NCBI GenBank assembly: GCA_036274675.1 | Contig: DASUFE010000122.1 | Location: 14,095-78,094, forward strand | Direction: 5' to 3' | From: Gammaproteobacteria bacterium | GTDB taxonomy: Bacteria > Pseudomonadota > Gammaproteobacteria > HTCC5015 | DNA: 64,000 nt | Part shown: positions 38,665 to 48,097 of the stretch, in pieces | Position numbering within the stretch: the stretch's first letter is position 1 | How the letters are laid out: each line of letters opens with the position of its first letter | The notes under the pieces: model-generated | What the model was told of the DNA's origin: nothing | The model's database searches: none | The model's input: the letters and a program-made list of their open reading frames with translations, nothing else | Program-made: the position numbers and the translations under genes

Positions 38665-41054
38665 GCGGCGCTTCCGCGCTCAGCCGCGCGCTGCGCCGGC
38701 GCCGGATTCTGATTCCGGCGCTGGCGCTCGCGGCGGCGGGCGCGTTCCTGTCCTGTCTGCCGCAACCCTTGTTCTCCGACCCGCTGTCCGCCGTATTGTT
38801 GGATCGCGACGGTCAGCTGCTGGGCGCGCGCATCGCGGCCGATCAGCAGTGGCGCTTCCCCGAACTTGAAACCCTGCCGGAGAAGTATCGCGCCGCGCTG
38901 CTGGAATTCGAAGACAAGCGGTTCTACATGCATCCCGGCGTCGATCCCCTGGCGCTCGCGCGCGCGGCCTGGCTCAACTTCAAGCACAGGCGCACGGTCA
39001 GCGGGGGCAGCACCATCAGCATGCAGGTGATCCGCCTCGCGCGCGAAAACCGCGAGCGCAGCTATCTTGAAAAGCTGATCGAGATCGTGCTGGCCTTGCG
39101 GCTCGAACTCCGTTACAGCAAGCAGGAGATCCTGGCCCTATACGCCAGCCATGCGCCCTTCGGCGGCAACGTGGTCGGACTGGAGGCGGCGTCCTGGCGC
39201 TATTTCGGCCGCACGCCCGACCGCCTGTCGTGGGCGGAAAGCTGCATGCTGGCCGTGCTCCCCAACAGCCCCGGCCTGATTCACCCCGGGCGCAACCGCG
39301 ACGCATTGCGGGACAAGCGCGACCGTCTGCTACGGCGACTGCACGAACAGGGAAGGCTCGATGCGCTCGAACTCCGATTGGCGCTGGCCGAACCCTTGCC
39401 GGCAAGACCCGTGACGCTGCCGCGCGCGGCGCCGCATCTCCTGGAAACGCTGCTCGCCCGCAGACCAGCCGGCAGCCTGCGTTTCTCGACCACGCTCGAC
39501 CGGCGGCTGCAGCTGGCGGCGCAGGATATCGTCGCCCGCCATGCCCGCGAGCTGGGCGCGCAAGGGATCCACAACGTGGCCGCGCTGGTGATCGATAATG
39601 AAACCTCCGAAGTGCTGGCCTACGTCGGCAACAGTTTCACGGAGATCGCGGATACCGAGGGCATGGCGGTGGATATCGTGCAGCGACCGCGCAGCACCGG
39701 CAGCGCGCTGAAACCCTTTCTGTTCGCCGCGATGCTGCAGGCGGGCGAGATACTGCCCAGGACGCTGGTTCCCGATGTGCCGGCGCAGTATGCCGGCTAC
39801 ATGCCGGAAAACTACGATCGCCGTTATCGCGGCGCGGTGCCCGCGCAGGTGGCGCTGGCCAAGTCGCTGAATGTGCCGGCCGTATATATGTTGCACCGCT
39901 ACGGCGTGGACCGTTTTTACGATTTCCTCCGGCACATGGGCATGAGCACCCTGTTCCGCAAGCCGGACGAATACGGTCTGACGCTGATACTCGGCGGCGC
40001 CGAAGGCAGCCTGTGGGATCTGGCTTCGATGTATTCCAATCTTGCCCTGATTGCGACCTGGCCGGTGGCGTATCCGGCGGCGACATATAAGGAGTTGAAA
40101 ATCCTGCGCAATGAAACGGCGGTAACGCAGCGCGCGGTGGAAGTCAGCCCGGCCGTCGCCTGGATGACCATGAATGCCTTGCTCGAGGTCAACCGGCCGG
40201 GGATCGAAAGTTACTGGAGGAACTTCAACAGCTCGCGCAAGATCGCCTGGAAGACGGGTACAAGCTACGGCCTGCGCGACGCCTGGTCCATCGGCATGAC
40301 GGCGCGCAATACGGTCGCGGTCTGGGCGGGGAACGCCGACGGCGCAGGCAATCCCGCGCTGACCGGGCTTAACGCCGCCGCGCCGGTCATGTTCGATCTC
40401 TTCGAACAATTCGAACCCGCGGAATGGTTTGCGCGGCCGGTCTCGCATATGAAGCAGGTGGAAGTCTGCAGGAACGACGGGTTTCTCGCCAACGGCCATT
40501 GCGAGACGGAAACGATGTGGATTCCCGAGGAAAGCCATTTTCAGCAGGTCAGCACCAACAATATAACCGTGCATCTGGACGCGGCCGGGCGCTGGCGCGT
40601 GCACGGGCGCTGCGAGCAGGTGGACCGCATGCGGCACCGCGACTGGTTCGTACTGCCCGCCGGGCAGGAACACTATTACAAGAGAACGCACGCGGATTAT
40701 GCGCCGCTGCCGGACTATCGCTCCGACTGCCGCGCACTGGCGGCCCTCGAAGGCGAAAAGGGACCGATCGATCTGCTGTACCCGAATTCCGGCGCCCGTA
40801 TCTATATTCCGACCGATCTTGCCGGGCGCAGGAGCCGCACCGTATTCGAGGCGGTGCACCGCGATTCAGGCGCCGTACTGTACTGGCATCTCGACGATGC
40901 ATATCTCGGTGCGACCAGGACCATTCATCAGCAGGCCCTCGACATGGAGCCGGGCATCCATCGGATCGTGCTCGTCGACCAGGAGGGCAACCGGCTGGCG
41001 CGCGTCTTCGAAGTTCTCGGCAAGACGCCCTCGGGCGCGCCGCCCCAACCGTGA
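38634..41054 (+). CDS. pbpC: Penicillin-binding protein 1C (GT51 transglycosylase plus transpeptidase)
   Basis: GT51 block: EFEDKRFYMHPGVDPLALARA...SGGSTISMQVIRL. Transpeptidase blocks: STGSALKPF, SLN, KTGTSYG. A C-terminal PBP1C-type domain is present. The ATG at 38634 overlaps the A2M gene by 31 nt, so the exact start is uncertain. Confidence 0.92.
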   Translation: MDPGGKRRALSGASALSRALRRRRILIPALALAAAGAFLSCLPQPLFSDPLSAVLLDRDGQLLGARIAADQQWRFPELETLPEKYRAALLEFEDKRFYMHPGVDPLALARAAWLNFKHRRTVSGGSTISMQVIRLARENRERSYLEKLIEIVLALRLELRYSKQEILALYASHAPFGGNVVGLEAASWRYFGRTPDRLSWAESCMLAVLPNSPGLIHPGRNRDALRDKRDRLLRRLHEQGRLDALELRLALAEPLPARPVTLPRAAPHLLETLLARRPAGSLRFSTTLDRRLQLAAQDIVARHARELGAQGIHNVAALVIDNETSEVLAYVGNSFTEIADTEGMAVDIVQRPRSTGSALKPFLFAAMLQAGEILPRTLVPDVPAQYAGYMPENYDRRYRGAVPAQVALAKSLNVPAVYMLHRYGVDRFYDFLRHMGMSTLFRKPDEYGLTLILGGAEGSLWDLASMYSNLALIATWPVAYPAATYKELKILRNETAVTQRAVEVSPAVAWMTMNALLEVNRPGIESYWRNFNSSRKIAWKTGTSYGLRDAWSIGMTARNTVAVWAGNADGAGNPALTGLNAAAPVMFDLFEQFEPAEWFARPVSHMKQVEVCRNDGFLANGHCETETMWIPEESHFQQVSTNNITVHLDAAGRWRVHGRCEQVDRMRHRDWFVLPAGQEHYYKRTHADYAPLPDYRSDCRALAALEGEKGPIDLLYPNSGARIYIPTDLAGRRSRTVFEAVHRDSGAVLYWHLDDAYLGATRTIHQQALDMEPGIHRIVLVDQEGNRLARVFEVLGKTPSGAPPQP

Positions 41055-41680
41055 GATACCTGCTGTTCCTGTGCGTGATCATGCTGGGACCCGCGCAGGC
41101 GGCGCCGCAGAAAACCTGCAGCTACCATACCTATAAATGGAATACGCTGACGCGGCGGGCCGTCGCCATGGAACGCGTCGAAAAACCCTATCGCGACTTG
41201 CTGCCGGAGGAAGTGGACCCGCAGACCGGTTGCAGCGTCTGCGAGCAGGATCAGGTTGCGATCCGGCTGGGGAGCCTGCCGGAGTTCAGGGTCTGCCGCG
41301 CATTCGCGGAGGGATTGCGGACGGAGCTTTCGAAGCTGCTCGCCGCCGGCTTTCCTATTTACCGTATAGAAGGATATCGCGCAGGCAGGACACGCGGTCC
41401 CGCGGATGCCGCCGGCAACCGCACGCAATTCAGCAATCACTCCTACGGCATCGCAATCGATATCAATCCGGAGCATAACGGTCTGTACGAGCACTGCATT
41501 TCCTTCGGGCCGTCGTGCCGCCTGATCCGGGGCGGCCCCTGGGATCCGGCGAAGTACCGGGAATCGCTGACGTCCCAGGGCGAGATTGTCCAGGCCATGC
41601 GCCGCCTGGGCCTGCTCTGGGGCGGCGCAATCGAAGGCCGCCAGAAAGATTTCATGCATTTCTCGCCCGGCGGGTACTGA
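41051..41680 (+). CDS. Secreted M15-family zinc peptidase (VanY / D-Ala-D-Ala carboxypeptidase-like cell-wall hydrolase)
   Basis: This is the in-frame C-terminal part of track ORF 40424..41680. I place the start at the GTG at 41051, which overlaps the pbpC stop as GTGA. That gives the signal peptide [19 protein letters not shown]. Metal-site motifs: [12 protein letters not shown] (SxHxxGxAxD) and KDFMHFS. Confidence 0.8.
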   Translation: MRYLLFLCVIMLGPAQAAPQKTCSYHTYKWNTLTRRAVAMERVEKPYRDLLPEEVDPQTGCSVCEQDQVAIRLGSLPEFRVCRAFAEGLRTELSKLLAAGFPIYRIEGYRAGRTRGPADAAGNRTQFSNHSYGIAIDINPEHNGLYEHCISFGPSCRLIRGGPWDPAKYRESLTSQGEIVQAMRRLGLLWGGAIEGRQKDFMHFSPGGY

Positions 41681-41723
41681 CGGAGTTAACATTGAAGCCT
41701 GTCGATATTCGAAAGGACGGCTT

Positions 41724-43217
41724 ATGACAGGATTTATTCTCGCGCTGGACCAGGGAACCACCAGTTCGCGCGCCATACTGTTCGACCGCGCGGGCGCGGT
41801 CGCGGGGATTGCGCAACGCGAATTCAAACAACATTATCCGCAGCCGGGTTGGGTGGAACACGATCCCCTGGAAATCTGGAATACGCAGTCCGAAGTGATG
41901 CGCCAGGTCTGCGCGGCGGCGAAAATCCCCGCCTCCGATATCGCCGCGATCGGCATCACCAACCAGCGCGAAACCACCGTGGTGTGGGACCGCAAGTCCG
42001 GCGAGCCCCTGTGCAATGCGATCGTCTGGCAGGACCGCCGCACCGCGGGCTTTATCGACAAGCTGAAAAAGAAAGGTCTCGCCGGATTTTTCCAGCGCAA
42101 GACGGGCTTGGTGCTCGACGCCTATTTCTCCGGCAGCAAACTGGCCTGGATCCTGGACAACGTCAAGGGAGCGCGCAAGCGGGCGGAGAAGGGCGAACTC
42201 GCCTTCGGCACCATCGACAGCTGGCTGGTGTACCAGCTGACCGGCGGACGCGCGCATCTCACCGATGTGTCGAACGCCTCGCGCACGCTGCTGTTCAATA
42301 TCCACGATATGGAGTGGGACGCCGAGATCCTGCGGCGCCTGAATATTCCGGCATCATTGCTGCCCGAGGTGAAATCCTCCTCCGAAATCTATGCCGAGAC
42401 GGATCCGCAACTCCTGGGCGCGGCCCTGCCGATCGCCGGCATCGCGGGCGACCAGCAGGCGGCGACCTTCGGGCAGGCCTGCTTCGACAGCGGCCAGGCG
42501 AAGAACACCTATGGCACCGGATGTTTCCTGGTGATGAACACCGGGCGCAAGGCGATCACCTCGCGCAATCAACTGCTGACCACGGTGGGCTGGCGGCAGG
42601 GGAGCCAGCTTGCCTACGCCCTCGAAGGCAGCGTCTTCATTGGCGGGGCCGTGGTGCAGTGGCTGCGCGACGGTCTCGGCATCATCAAGTCCTCCGGCGA
42701 GGTCGAGGCCCTGGCGCGCAGCGTGCCGGACAGCGGCGGCGTTTACCTGGTGCCGGCCTTCGCGGGCCTCGGCGCGCCGCACTGGGACCAGTATGCGCGC
42801 GGCACGATCGTCGGACTCACGCGCGGCAGCACTGCGGCACATATCGCGCGCGCGGCGCTGGACAGCATCGTGTTCCAGGTGGCCGACATCGTACAGGCGA
42901 TGGGCAAGGACAGCCGCATCAAGCTGCAGGAATTGCGTGTGGACGGCGGCGCCTCGAACAACGATCTGCTGATGCAGATGCAGGCCGATATCCTCGGCGT
43001 GCCCGTGGTGCGGCCGAAGGTGACCGAAACCACCGCGCTCGGCGCCGCCTATCTGGCAGGGCTTGCCACCGGCTTCTGGCCGGATCGCGATACCATTGCG
43101 CAACAGTGGCAGATCGATCGCCGTTTCGAGCCGCAGATGAACAAGAGCCGGCGCGAGGAACTGCTGGGCGACTGGCGCAAGGCTATCGAGCGCGCCAAAA
43201 ACTGGGCGGAGCGTTGA
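41724..43217 (+). CDS. glpK: Glycerol kinase
   Basis: ORF 41586..43217, start set at [24 protein letters not shown]...[16 protein letters not shown]. The classic GlpK sequence runs throughout. Confidence 0.95.
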   Translation: MTGFILALDQGTTSSRAILFDRAGAVAGIAQREFKQHYPQPGWVEHDPLEIWNTQSEVMRQVCAAAKIPASDIAAIGITNQRETTVVWDRKSGEPLCNAIVWQDRRTAGFIDKLKKKGLAGFFQRKTGLVLDAYFSGSKLAWILDNVKGARKRAEKGELAFGTIDSWLVYQLTGGRAHLTDVSNASRTLLFNIHDMEWDAEILRRLNIPASLLPEVKSSSEIYAETDPQLLGAALPIAGIAGDQQAATFGQACFDSGQAKNTYGTGCFLVMNTGRKAITSRNQLLTTVGWRQGSQLAYALEGSVFIGGAVVQWLRDGLGIIKSSGEVEALARSVPDSGGVYLVPAFAGLGAPHWDQYARGTIVGLTRGSTAAHIARAALDSIVFQVADIVQAMGKDSRIKLQELRVDGGASNNDLLMQMQADILGVPVVRPKVTETTALGAAYLAGLATGFWPDRDTIAQQWQIDRRFEPQMNKSRREELLGDWRKAIERAKNWAER

Positions 43218-43324
43218 GCCGGACGAAGATCGGGTTTTAATAGAATTAATGAAACAAAATAATGCTTGCGATTTCCGCGCCAGCGGTTCATGGTGATGAA
43301 ACAATTAAGACGAAGGGCTAGCCA

Positions 43325-44917
43325 ATGAAAAAATATTTGTTGTTTCTAGGTTATATCGTTTTGATGGGAGATTGTGCCGCTGCGACGGTCCAGAAGCCGG
43401 CCGAGCTTGCTGCTACGCACGGATATGTTTACGTTAACACGCCCAAGGGTGGGACTGTATCTCTTACGATTCAACCGTTGCCGGTAAACCAAGAGGGCAA
43501 CAAGAAGAGAAGTAAAAGAGGCAAAAAGCTGGAATTGATCGAGCGAAATGATCCGAATGTAATCTCTTTCGGGAGATGGCTGCCGGAGGGTGAGTATAAA
43601 ATTTCGGAATGGAACGGATACGAATTTGGCGACTATCCATCCTTTTCGGTAAAAGCCGGACATTTGACGGATCTTGGAAGCTTGATTCTATTTCTGATCG
43701 GTGGTTACGAAATTGTTGTGCTTCCAGTGAGGCATCCGGAAACGGCCGGGGATGTATTATTGGCTCTCAACGAGTATAAGCAGTTTCTCGTCTCCCCGGA
43801 TCCGATCGAGTGGAAGCCCCAGGCGCCTCCAAAACCGATCAAGCTTCAAATGCAAAGTACTGGGCTCGGTATTATTGCCGATCTTATATCTCGCCATGAG
43901 CGAGAGGTAAACAAGCCTTCAATCAACAAGCAGTTACGTGAAGCCGCATCAATTCAGGATTTTTTCCAATTAGCCTGTGCGGCCACACCGCCTTTGTCCG
44001 ACGAGCCGGCCGTTGATAGTCAGTCGAATCTTTATTATGGAGCCGATTACGGCCAAATTCGCATGAGAAAGTTGACCGCGGAATGGAGTGCGATTGATAC
44101 GGGCACCTTGGGCATGGTTACGGCTGTGGAAGTCGATGGTGAATCTCTGATGGCGGGATTTGACGATGGCGTGATTCGCTCCAGCGCCAATGGTGGAAAG
44201 ACATGGAAACAACTCATTTCACTTACTCCCGGCGAACCCGTCGTGGATATCGATCGTGTCAACGATGGCTGGCTTGTCACAACAATGAAAGTGGGGCCGG
44301 GCCCTGGGGTAATGCTGAAAGTGGAAGAAATCAATGTATATCTCGCGGGGAAGTCCGATTTGAGCGATTTGTCGGCTGTTAAGAAAATTGCCATCAAGTC
44401 TCCCTATTTAGTCGCTTCCCTTTCTGTAAGGGCTCAGGCCTTCAAGAATTTCTACTATATTTCCATCCCGCCGGATTTGCTGAGGTTGGATGTCTCATCC
44501 ATGGAGTGGAAGACCGTCAATACCAAGGAGGTGAGTGGGTTCCGCATTTCTCCCCAGTCCGGCACTATTGCCGCCTATCTCGCCAAGGGGATGTTTTCCA
44601 AACTATACGTTTCCACTGATCTTGGCGAAAACTGGGATGAATATAAAACCCCTCCATACACCATTCAGGACATATATTTTGAGGATAAAGATAAAGGACG
44701 GGCTGTCCGGATGAGAGCCGATGCATTCAGCGGAACAAACGAGTTACTGGAATACGATTCGGTGAAGAAAGACTGGCGGAAAACGGACGAGGCCCCAACA
44801 GGTTGTCCTCGCGTGCTATGGGGCGTGGATAATACACCCAAGTTTTGCGTTACTTCTGGCGGTAGCATCCTGAGACATGAAAAACCTCAATGGGCCGTGG
44901 AGTTTTCGGCTGAATAG
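43325..44917 (+). CDS. Secreted hypothetical protein with a C-terminal BNR/Asp-box beta-propeller-like region
   Basis: Signal peptide MKKYLLFLGYIVLMGDCAAA. Asp-box-like motifs: SSANGGKTWKQL and VSTDLGENWDEY. The gene is visibly AT-richer than its flanks. Confidence 0.7.
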   Translation: MKKYLLFLGYIVLMGDCAAATVQKPAELAATHGYVYVNTPKGGTVSLTIQPLPVNQEGNKKRSKRGKKLELIERNDPNVISFGRWLPEGEYKISEWNGYEFGDYPSFSVKAGHLTDLGSLILFLIGGYEIVVLPVRHPETAGDVLLALNEYKQFLVSPDPIEWKPQAPPKPIKLQMQSTGLGIIADLISRHEREVNKPSINKQLREAASIQDFFQLACAATPPLSDEPAVDSQSNLYYGADYGQIRMRKLTAEWSAIDTGTLGMVTAVEVDGESLMAGFDDGVIRSSANGGKTWKQLISLTPGEPVVDIDRVNDGWLVTTMKVGPGPGVMLKVEEINVYLAGKSDLSDLSAVKKIAIKSPYLVASLSVRAQAFKNFYYISIPPDLLRLDVSSMEWKTVNTKEVSGFRISPQSGTIAAYLAKGMFSKLYVSTDLGENWDEYKTPPYTIQDIYFEDKDKGRAVRMRADAFSGTNELLEYDSVKKDWRKTDEAPTGCPRVLWGVDNTPKFCVTSGGSILRHEKPQWAVEFSAE

Positions 44918-44935
44918 GCTGATGCGCCGTCGAAA

Positions 44936-45295
44936 ATGCGATACGCAATTGCGATGATATTCGCCCTGGTCACAATAGGGTCTTATGCAGGCGATATGAC
45001 GGAAACTGAAACCAGAAAAATCGATTATCTGATCGCATCGATCGAAACATTACAGAACGCGGAATTCATCCGTAATGGCAAGGCTTACAACGCCCGGGAT
45101 GCGGCGGATCATTTGCGCCTCAAACGCAAAAAGGCGGGGTCCCGAATTAAAACGGCCAACGATTTTATCCGTTACTGCGCCACGGCCTCTTCCATGTCCG
45201 GCAAGCCCTATCAGATACGGTTCGAGGACGGCACCCTCGTCTTCACGGGAGAATATCTGCGGCGTAAACTTGCGGAGTTCGAAGCCAAACCATAG
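44936..45295 (+). CDS. DUF5329 (YfeK-like) secreted protein, paralog 1
   Basis: Signal peptide, then TRKIDYLIASIETLQNAEFIRNGKAYNARDAADHLRLKRKKAG...KTANDFIRYCATASSMSGKPYQIRFEDGT. Confidence 0.75.
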   Translation: MRYAIAMIFALVTIGSYAGDMTETETRKIDYLIASIETLQNAEFIRNGKAYNARDAADHLRLKRKKAGSRIKTANDFIRYCATASSMSGKPYQIRFEDGTLVFTGEYLRRKLAEFEAKP

Positions 45296-45335
45296 GCGTT
45301 GAATGAATTGCAGCTGAAGATGCGGGAGGGGGTCT

Positions 45336-45716
45336 ATGAAATGGTTGCTTGTGTTGTTGAGCCTGCTGCCGGCGCTGTCACTTGCGGCGGACCGCGATGC
45401 CCTGGAAAGCCGGAAAATCGATTACCTGATCGAAGCGATCGAACACCTCGATAATGCCCAATTCATCCGCAATGGCAAGGCATTGCATGGCAGGGTCGCG
45501 TCGAATAACTTCCGGCTTAAGCTGAAAAAGCCGCGCTGCGACGTCAGTACCGCCCAGGATTTTATCCGCATTTGCGCCGCGGCCTCCTGGGCCTCCGGCA
45601 GACCCTACGAGATCCGCTTTGCGGACGGCACGGTGATGCTCGCCAAGGATTACCTTCGCCAAAAACTCTCGAAGTTCGAAGCCGGCAACGGCGTGGACAG
45701 CGCGGATAAAACCTAA
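45336..45716 (+). CDS. DUF5329 (YfeK-like) secreted protein, paralog 2
   Basis: SRKIDYLIEAIEHLDNAQFIRNGKALHG...AQDFIRICAAASWASGRPYEIRFADGT aligns by eye with the preceding gene. Confidence 0.75.
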   Translation: MKWLLVLLSLLPALSLAADRDALESRKIDYLIEAIEHLDNAQFIRNGKALHGRVASNNFRLKLKKPRCDVSTAQDFIRICAAASWASGRPYEIRFADGTVMLAKDYLRQKLSKFEAGNGVDSADKT

Positions 45717-45767
45717 CTATACTGTTTTCGAGGCTAAATCTTTTACATCAGATCAAGGAGTGGGAGT

Positions 45768-46130
45768 ATGCGGTTATTTCTAGCGGCATTACCGGGCAGT
45801 TTGCTTGTCCTGGCATTATCGGGATGCGGCCCCAACCCCAACTATTCCGGATCGTGGACTTTTACCTGGGACAACGACAGCGCGAATACCAATGCTGCCG
45901 TCTTAAACCAGGATGGCGATGCGATTACCGGTAATTATGTAAATGACTCCAAGGAAAATTGTCCGATTACAGGACAACTCGATTCTTCCGGAGCCAAGAT
46001 GGCTCTGACCATTACCTGCCCAAAATGGGAAATAAAATCCGATGGTTCCATCGTCAACCCGACCCTGGTAGAGGGCAAATACCTCGCCTACGGCGATTCG
46101 AGCGGTGATTTCAAAATGGCGAAGAACTGA
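45768..46130 (+). CDS. Small hypothetical lipoprotein
   Basis: MRLFLAALPGSLLVLALSGCGP (lipobox LSGC). AGGAGTGGGAGT-ATG RBS. No family recognised. Confidence 0.7.
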   Translation: MRLFLAALPGSLLVLALSGCGPNPNYSGSWTFTWDNDSANTNAAVLNQDGDAITGNYVNDSKENCPITGQLDSSGAKMALTITCPKWEIKSDGSIVNPTLVEGKYLAYGDSSGDFKMAKN

Positions 46131-46265
46131 CCCGCTGATAAAGTGCGGTTTTCTCGTTATCCCGGGGTAATGTACCTGTGCATCTACCGCGAGTCGCATG
46201 GACAGCGGTAATAAAAGCTCACTATACTTTGGCGGCTTCAAGCACAGACCCTGGGAGTGGCCGGC

Positions 46266-47066
46266 ATGTTTTGGGATTTCAGTGAAAGCATAATAATCCT
46301 CGTTATCCTTTGCGTATTTCTGATATCAGCTGAGGTCGGAAACCGTTTAGGCAGGCGGCGTCACCGGCATGCGGACGAGGGCGATAAGACCCATATCAGC
46401 GCATTGCAGGCGGCATTGCTTGGGTTGCTTGCCTTCATGGTGGGCTTTAACTTTGCCATGTCCGTGGGGCGCTTCGATACCCGCAAGGGCCTGGTGATCC
46501 AGGAATCGAACGCGATCAACGCCACCTACCTGCGCGCTCAGCTTCTGCCCGAATCGCAGCGGCCGGAAATTTTCCGTCTGCTGCATACTTACGTCGACAC
46601 CTGGCGCGTCGCGCATGACGCCGACGCCGATCCGGCAAGCCTCGACGCCGCCATCGTGGCCACAGTGGAACTCCAGCAGCAGCTGTGGACGGCGGCCGGC
46701 GCACTGGCGGAACAGAATCAGCATTCGCCGCCGACCGCGCTTTTCATGAACTCCCTCAACGACATGATCGACCTGCACGAGAAACGCCTGAGCGCCCTCG
46801 AAAACCACGTACCCGAAATCCTGTTCTGGCTGGTCTGTATCATTGCCGTCGTCGCCTTCGGCTTCGTCGGCTACCGTTCCGGCCTCGACGGCCGCCGCCG
46901 CTTCCTCTCCACCGCCAGCCTCACCCTCGTCGTTATCCTCGTCCTCGCCGTCATCCTCGACCTCGACCGCCCACGCCATGGTTTTATCAAAATCGAGGGA
47001 CGGAGCCTGGTGTCTGTCCAGCAAAGAGTCGATGCGCTGGATCATGTGGCGGCGGCTCATAAATAA
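46266..47066 (+). CDS. DUF4239-like membrane protein
   Basis: ORF 46257..47066 (GTG). I prefer the ATG at 46266 (GGGAG RBS). There are two N-terminal and two C-terminal TM segments around a helical central region (ESNAINATYLRAQLLPE...). The family call is from memory. Confidence 0.7.
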   Translation: MFWDFSESIIILVILCVFLISAEVGNRLGRRRHRHADEGDKTHISALQAALLGLLAFMVGFNFAMSVGRFDTRKGLVIQESNAINATYLRAQLLPESQRPEIFRLLHTYVDTWRVAHDADADPASLDAAIVATVELQQQLWTAAGALAEQNQHSPPTALFMNSLNDMIDLHEKRLSALENHVPEILFWLVCIIAVVAFGFVGYRSGLDGRRRFLSTASLTLVVILVLAVILDLDRPRHGFIKIEGRSLVSVQQRVDALDHVAAAHK

Positions 47067-47095
47067 AGGGCGAGCCCCTTTATTAATCCCTTTTC
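47064..47095 (+). terminator. Candidate intrinsic terminator overlapping the stop codon of the DUF4239-like gene
   Basis: taaaggg-cgagc-ccctttа-type hairpin (47064-47082) followed by ttaatccctttt. Confidence 0.45.
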
Positions 47096-47104
47096 AATAA
47101 AAAC

Positions 47105-47326
47105 AAATTCTTTCCGCCCGCTGCTTCGCAGCTTGCGGCGGGTAACTTTTTGTCCTGCGCGACAAAAAGTCACCAAAAAACGCGCTTCCCCGTGTGGGGG
47201 GCGGAACCCCGCTAAAAATCCTAAGATTTGTTCTCCCTCACCCTGATCCTCTCCCGAAGGGGACGGGGGATATACATCCCCCTGTCCTTCGGACATCCCC
47301 CTTCGAAACGAAGGGGACGATATTTT
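47105..47326. repeat. Composite intergenic repeat region (several REP-like palindromes)
   Basis: ccgcccgc...gcggcgg hairpin. A perfect 10-bp inverted repeat ACTTTTTGTC-ctgcgc-GACAAAAAGT. ccccgtgtgggggg and tccctcaccctgatcctctcccgaaggggacggggg motifs, which are typical of dispersed proteobacterial repeats. gtccttcggac and ccccttcgaaacgaagggg hairpins. Confidence 0.6.
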
Positions 47327-48067
47327 TTAATGCTTCGTCAGCTTCTTACCCGCTTCCGCCATCACCGCATATTCATACCACTCCCGTATCGTCTGCAGAT
47401 GTTTCTCTTCCTCCTGCAGCGGTTTCACGAAGTCGGCGGTGATCTGTTCCAGGCCCAGGCCTTCGGCGAGTTTGATCAGGATCTCCCAGCCGGCGTTGTC
47501 GACGAGCTCCGCTGTCAGCAGCGCGGACAGGCACTGGCTGAGAGAGGTGCGGGGGTCCTGTATCACTTTCTGGATACCCATCGAGGCCACTGCTACGACG
47601 TCGGCATCGGGGGTTTGCGCCGTGGGGTCGGCGCCCATCGAGAGCATGGCGTTTTTGATGGTATGGAAATGCTGTTCTTCTTCGGCGCGGAACTGCTGGA
47701 GGATATCCAGTGAAATCGGCGTCGGCAGGTTGATGGATTCGCACTTGATGATGAAGGCTTCATAGAGGCGCACGCCCGAGCGTTCGAAAGCCAGCCGCTC
47801 GCCCATCTTGTTGAGCAGGACTTCGGGATTATGGCCGGTCATTTTTTCCATTGTGGATTTCAGCACTCCTTTCATCGTGCCTGGCACGGGCACGGAACCT
47901 ACCGTTCCGCCTTCCTCGATATACTCGCGTTCGATGACCATGAGCGGCGGGAAATCGGATTGGGTGGGCGGGGTGAGCGTCTCCGCACCGCTGATCATTT
48001 CCTTCGAATGGATCGGTGACATGTCGATACCGGTGCGGTTTCGTCCCAGTTTGTTGGTCTTTTCCAT
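47327..48067 (-). CDS. Ferritin-like di-iron domain protein (246 aa)
   Basis: AAGGAGA RBS. Four-helix-bundle ligand pattern: FERSGVRLYE, FRAEEEQHFHTI, LTAELVDNAGWE, PLQEEEKHLQTI (E, ExxH, E, ExxH). Confidence 0.8.
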   Translation of the reverse strand: MEKTNKLGRNRTGIDMSPIHSKEMISGAETLTPPTQSDFPPLMVIEREYIEEGGTVGSVPVPGTMKGVLKSTMEKMTGHNPEVLLNKMGERLAFERSGVRLYEAFIIKCESINLPTPISLDILQQFRAEEEQHFHTIKNAMLSMGADPTAQTPDADVVAVASMGIQKVIQDPRTSLSQCLSALLTAELVDNAGWEILIKLAEGLGLEQITADFVKPLQEEEKHLQTIREWYEYAVMAEAGKKLTKH

Positions 48068-48097
48068 GGTGGTCTCCTTGCAATCTGTTGAGTATCG

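Noticed and set aside
40424-41050. N-terminal 209 codons of track ORF 40424..41680, lying inside pbpC in another frame
   Set aside because: This part is Arg/Ala/Gly-rich with no domain features. A GTG at 41051 overlaps the pbpC stop and yields a proper signal peptide followed by the M15 domain. I kept only 41051..41680.
47057-47296. 79-aa minus-strand ORF (MSEGQGDVYPPSPSGEDQGEGEQ...)
   Set aside because: It is read entirely through the intergenic palindrome/repeat patchwork, has no RBS and has low-complexity composition. This is typical of a spurious ORF over REP-like DNA.
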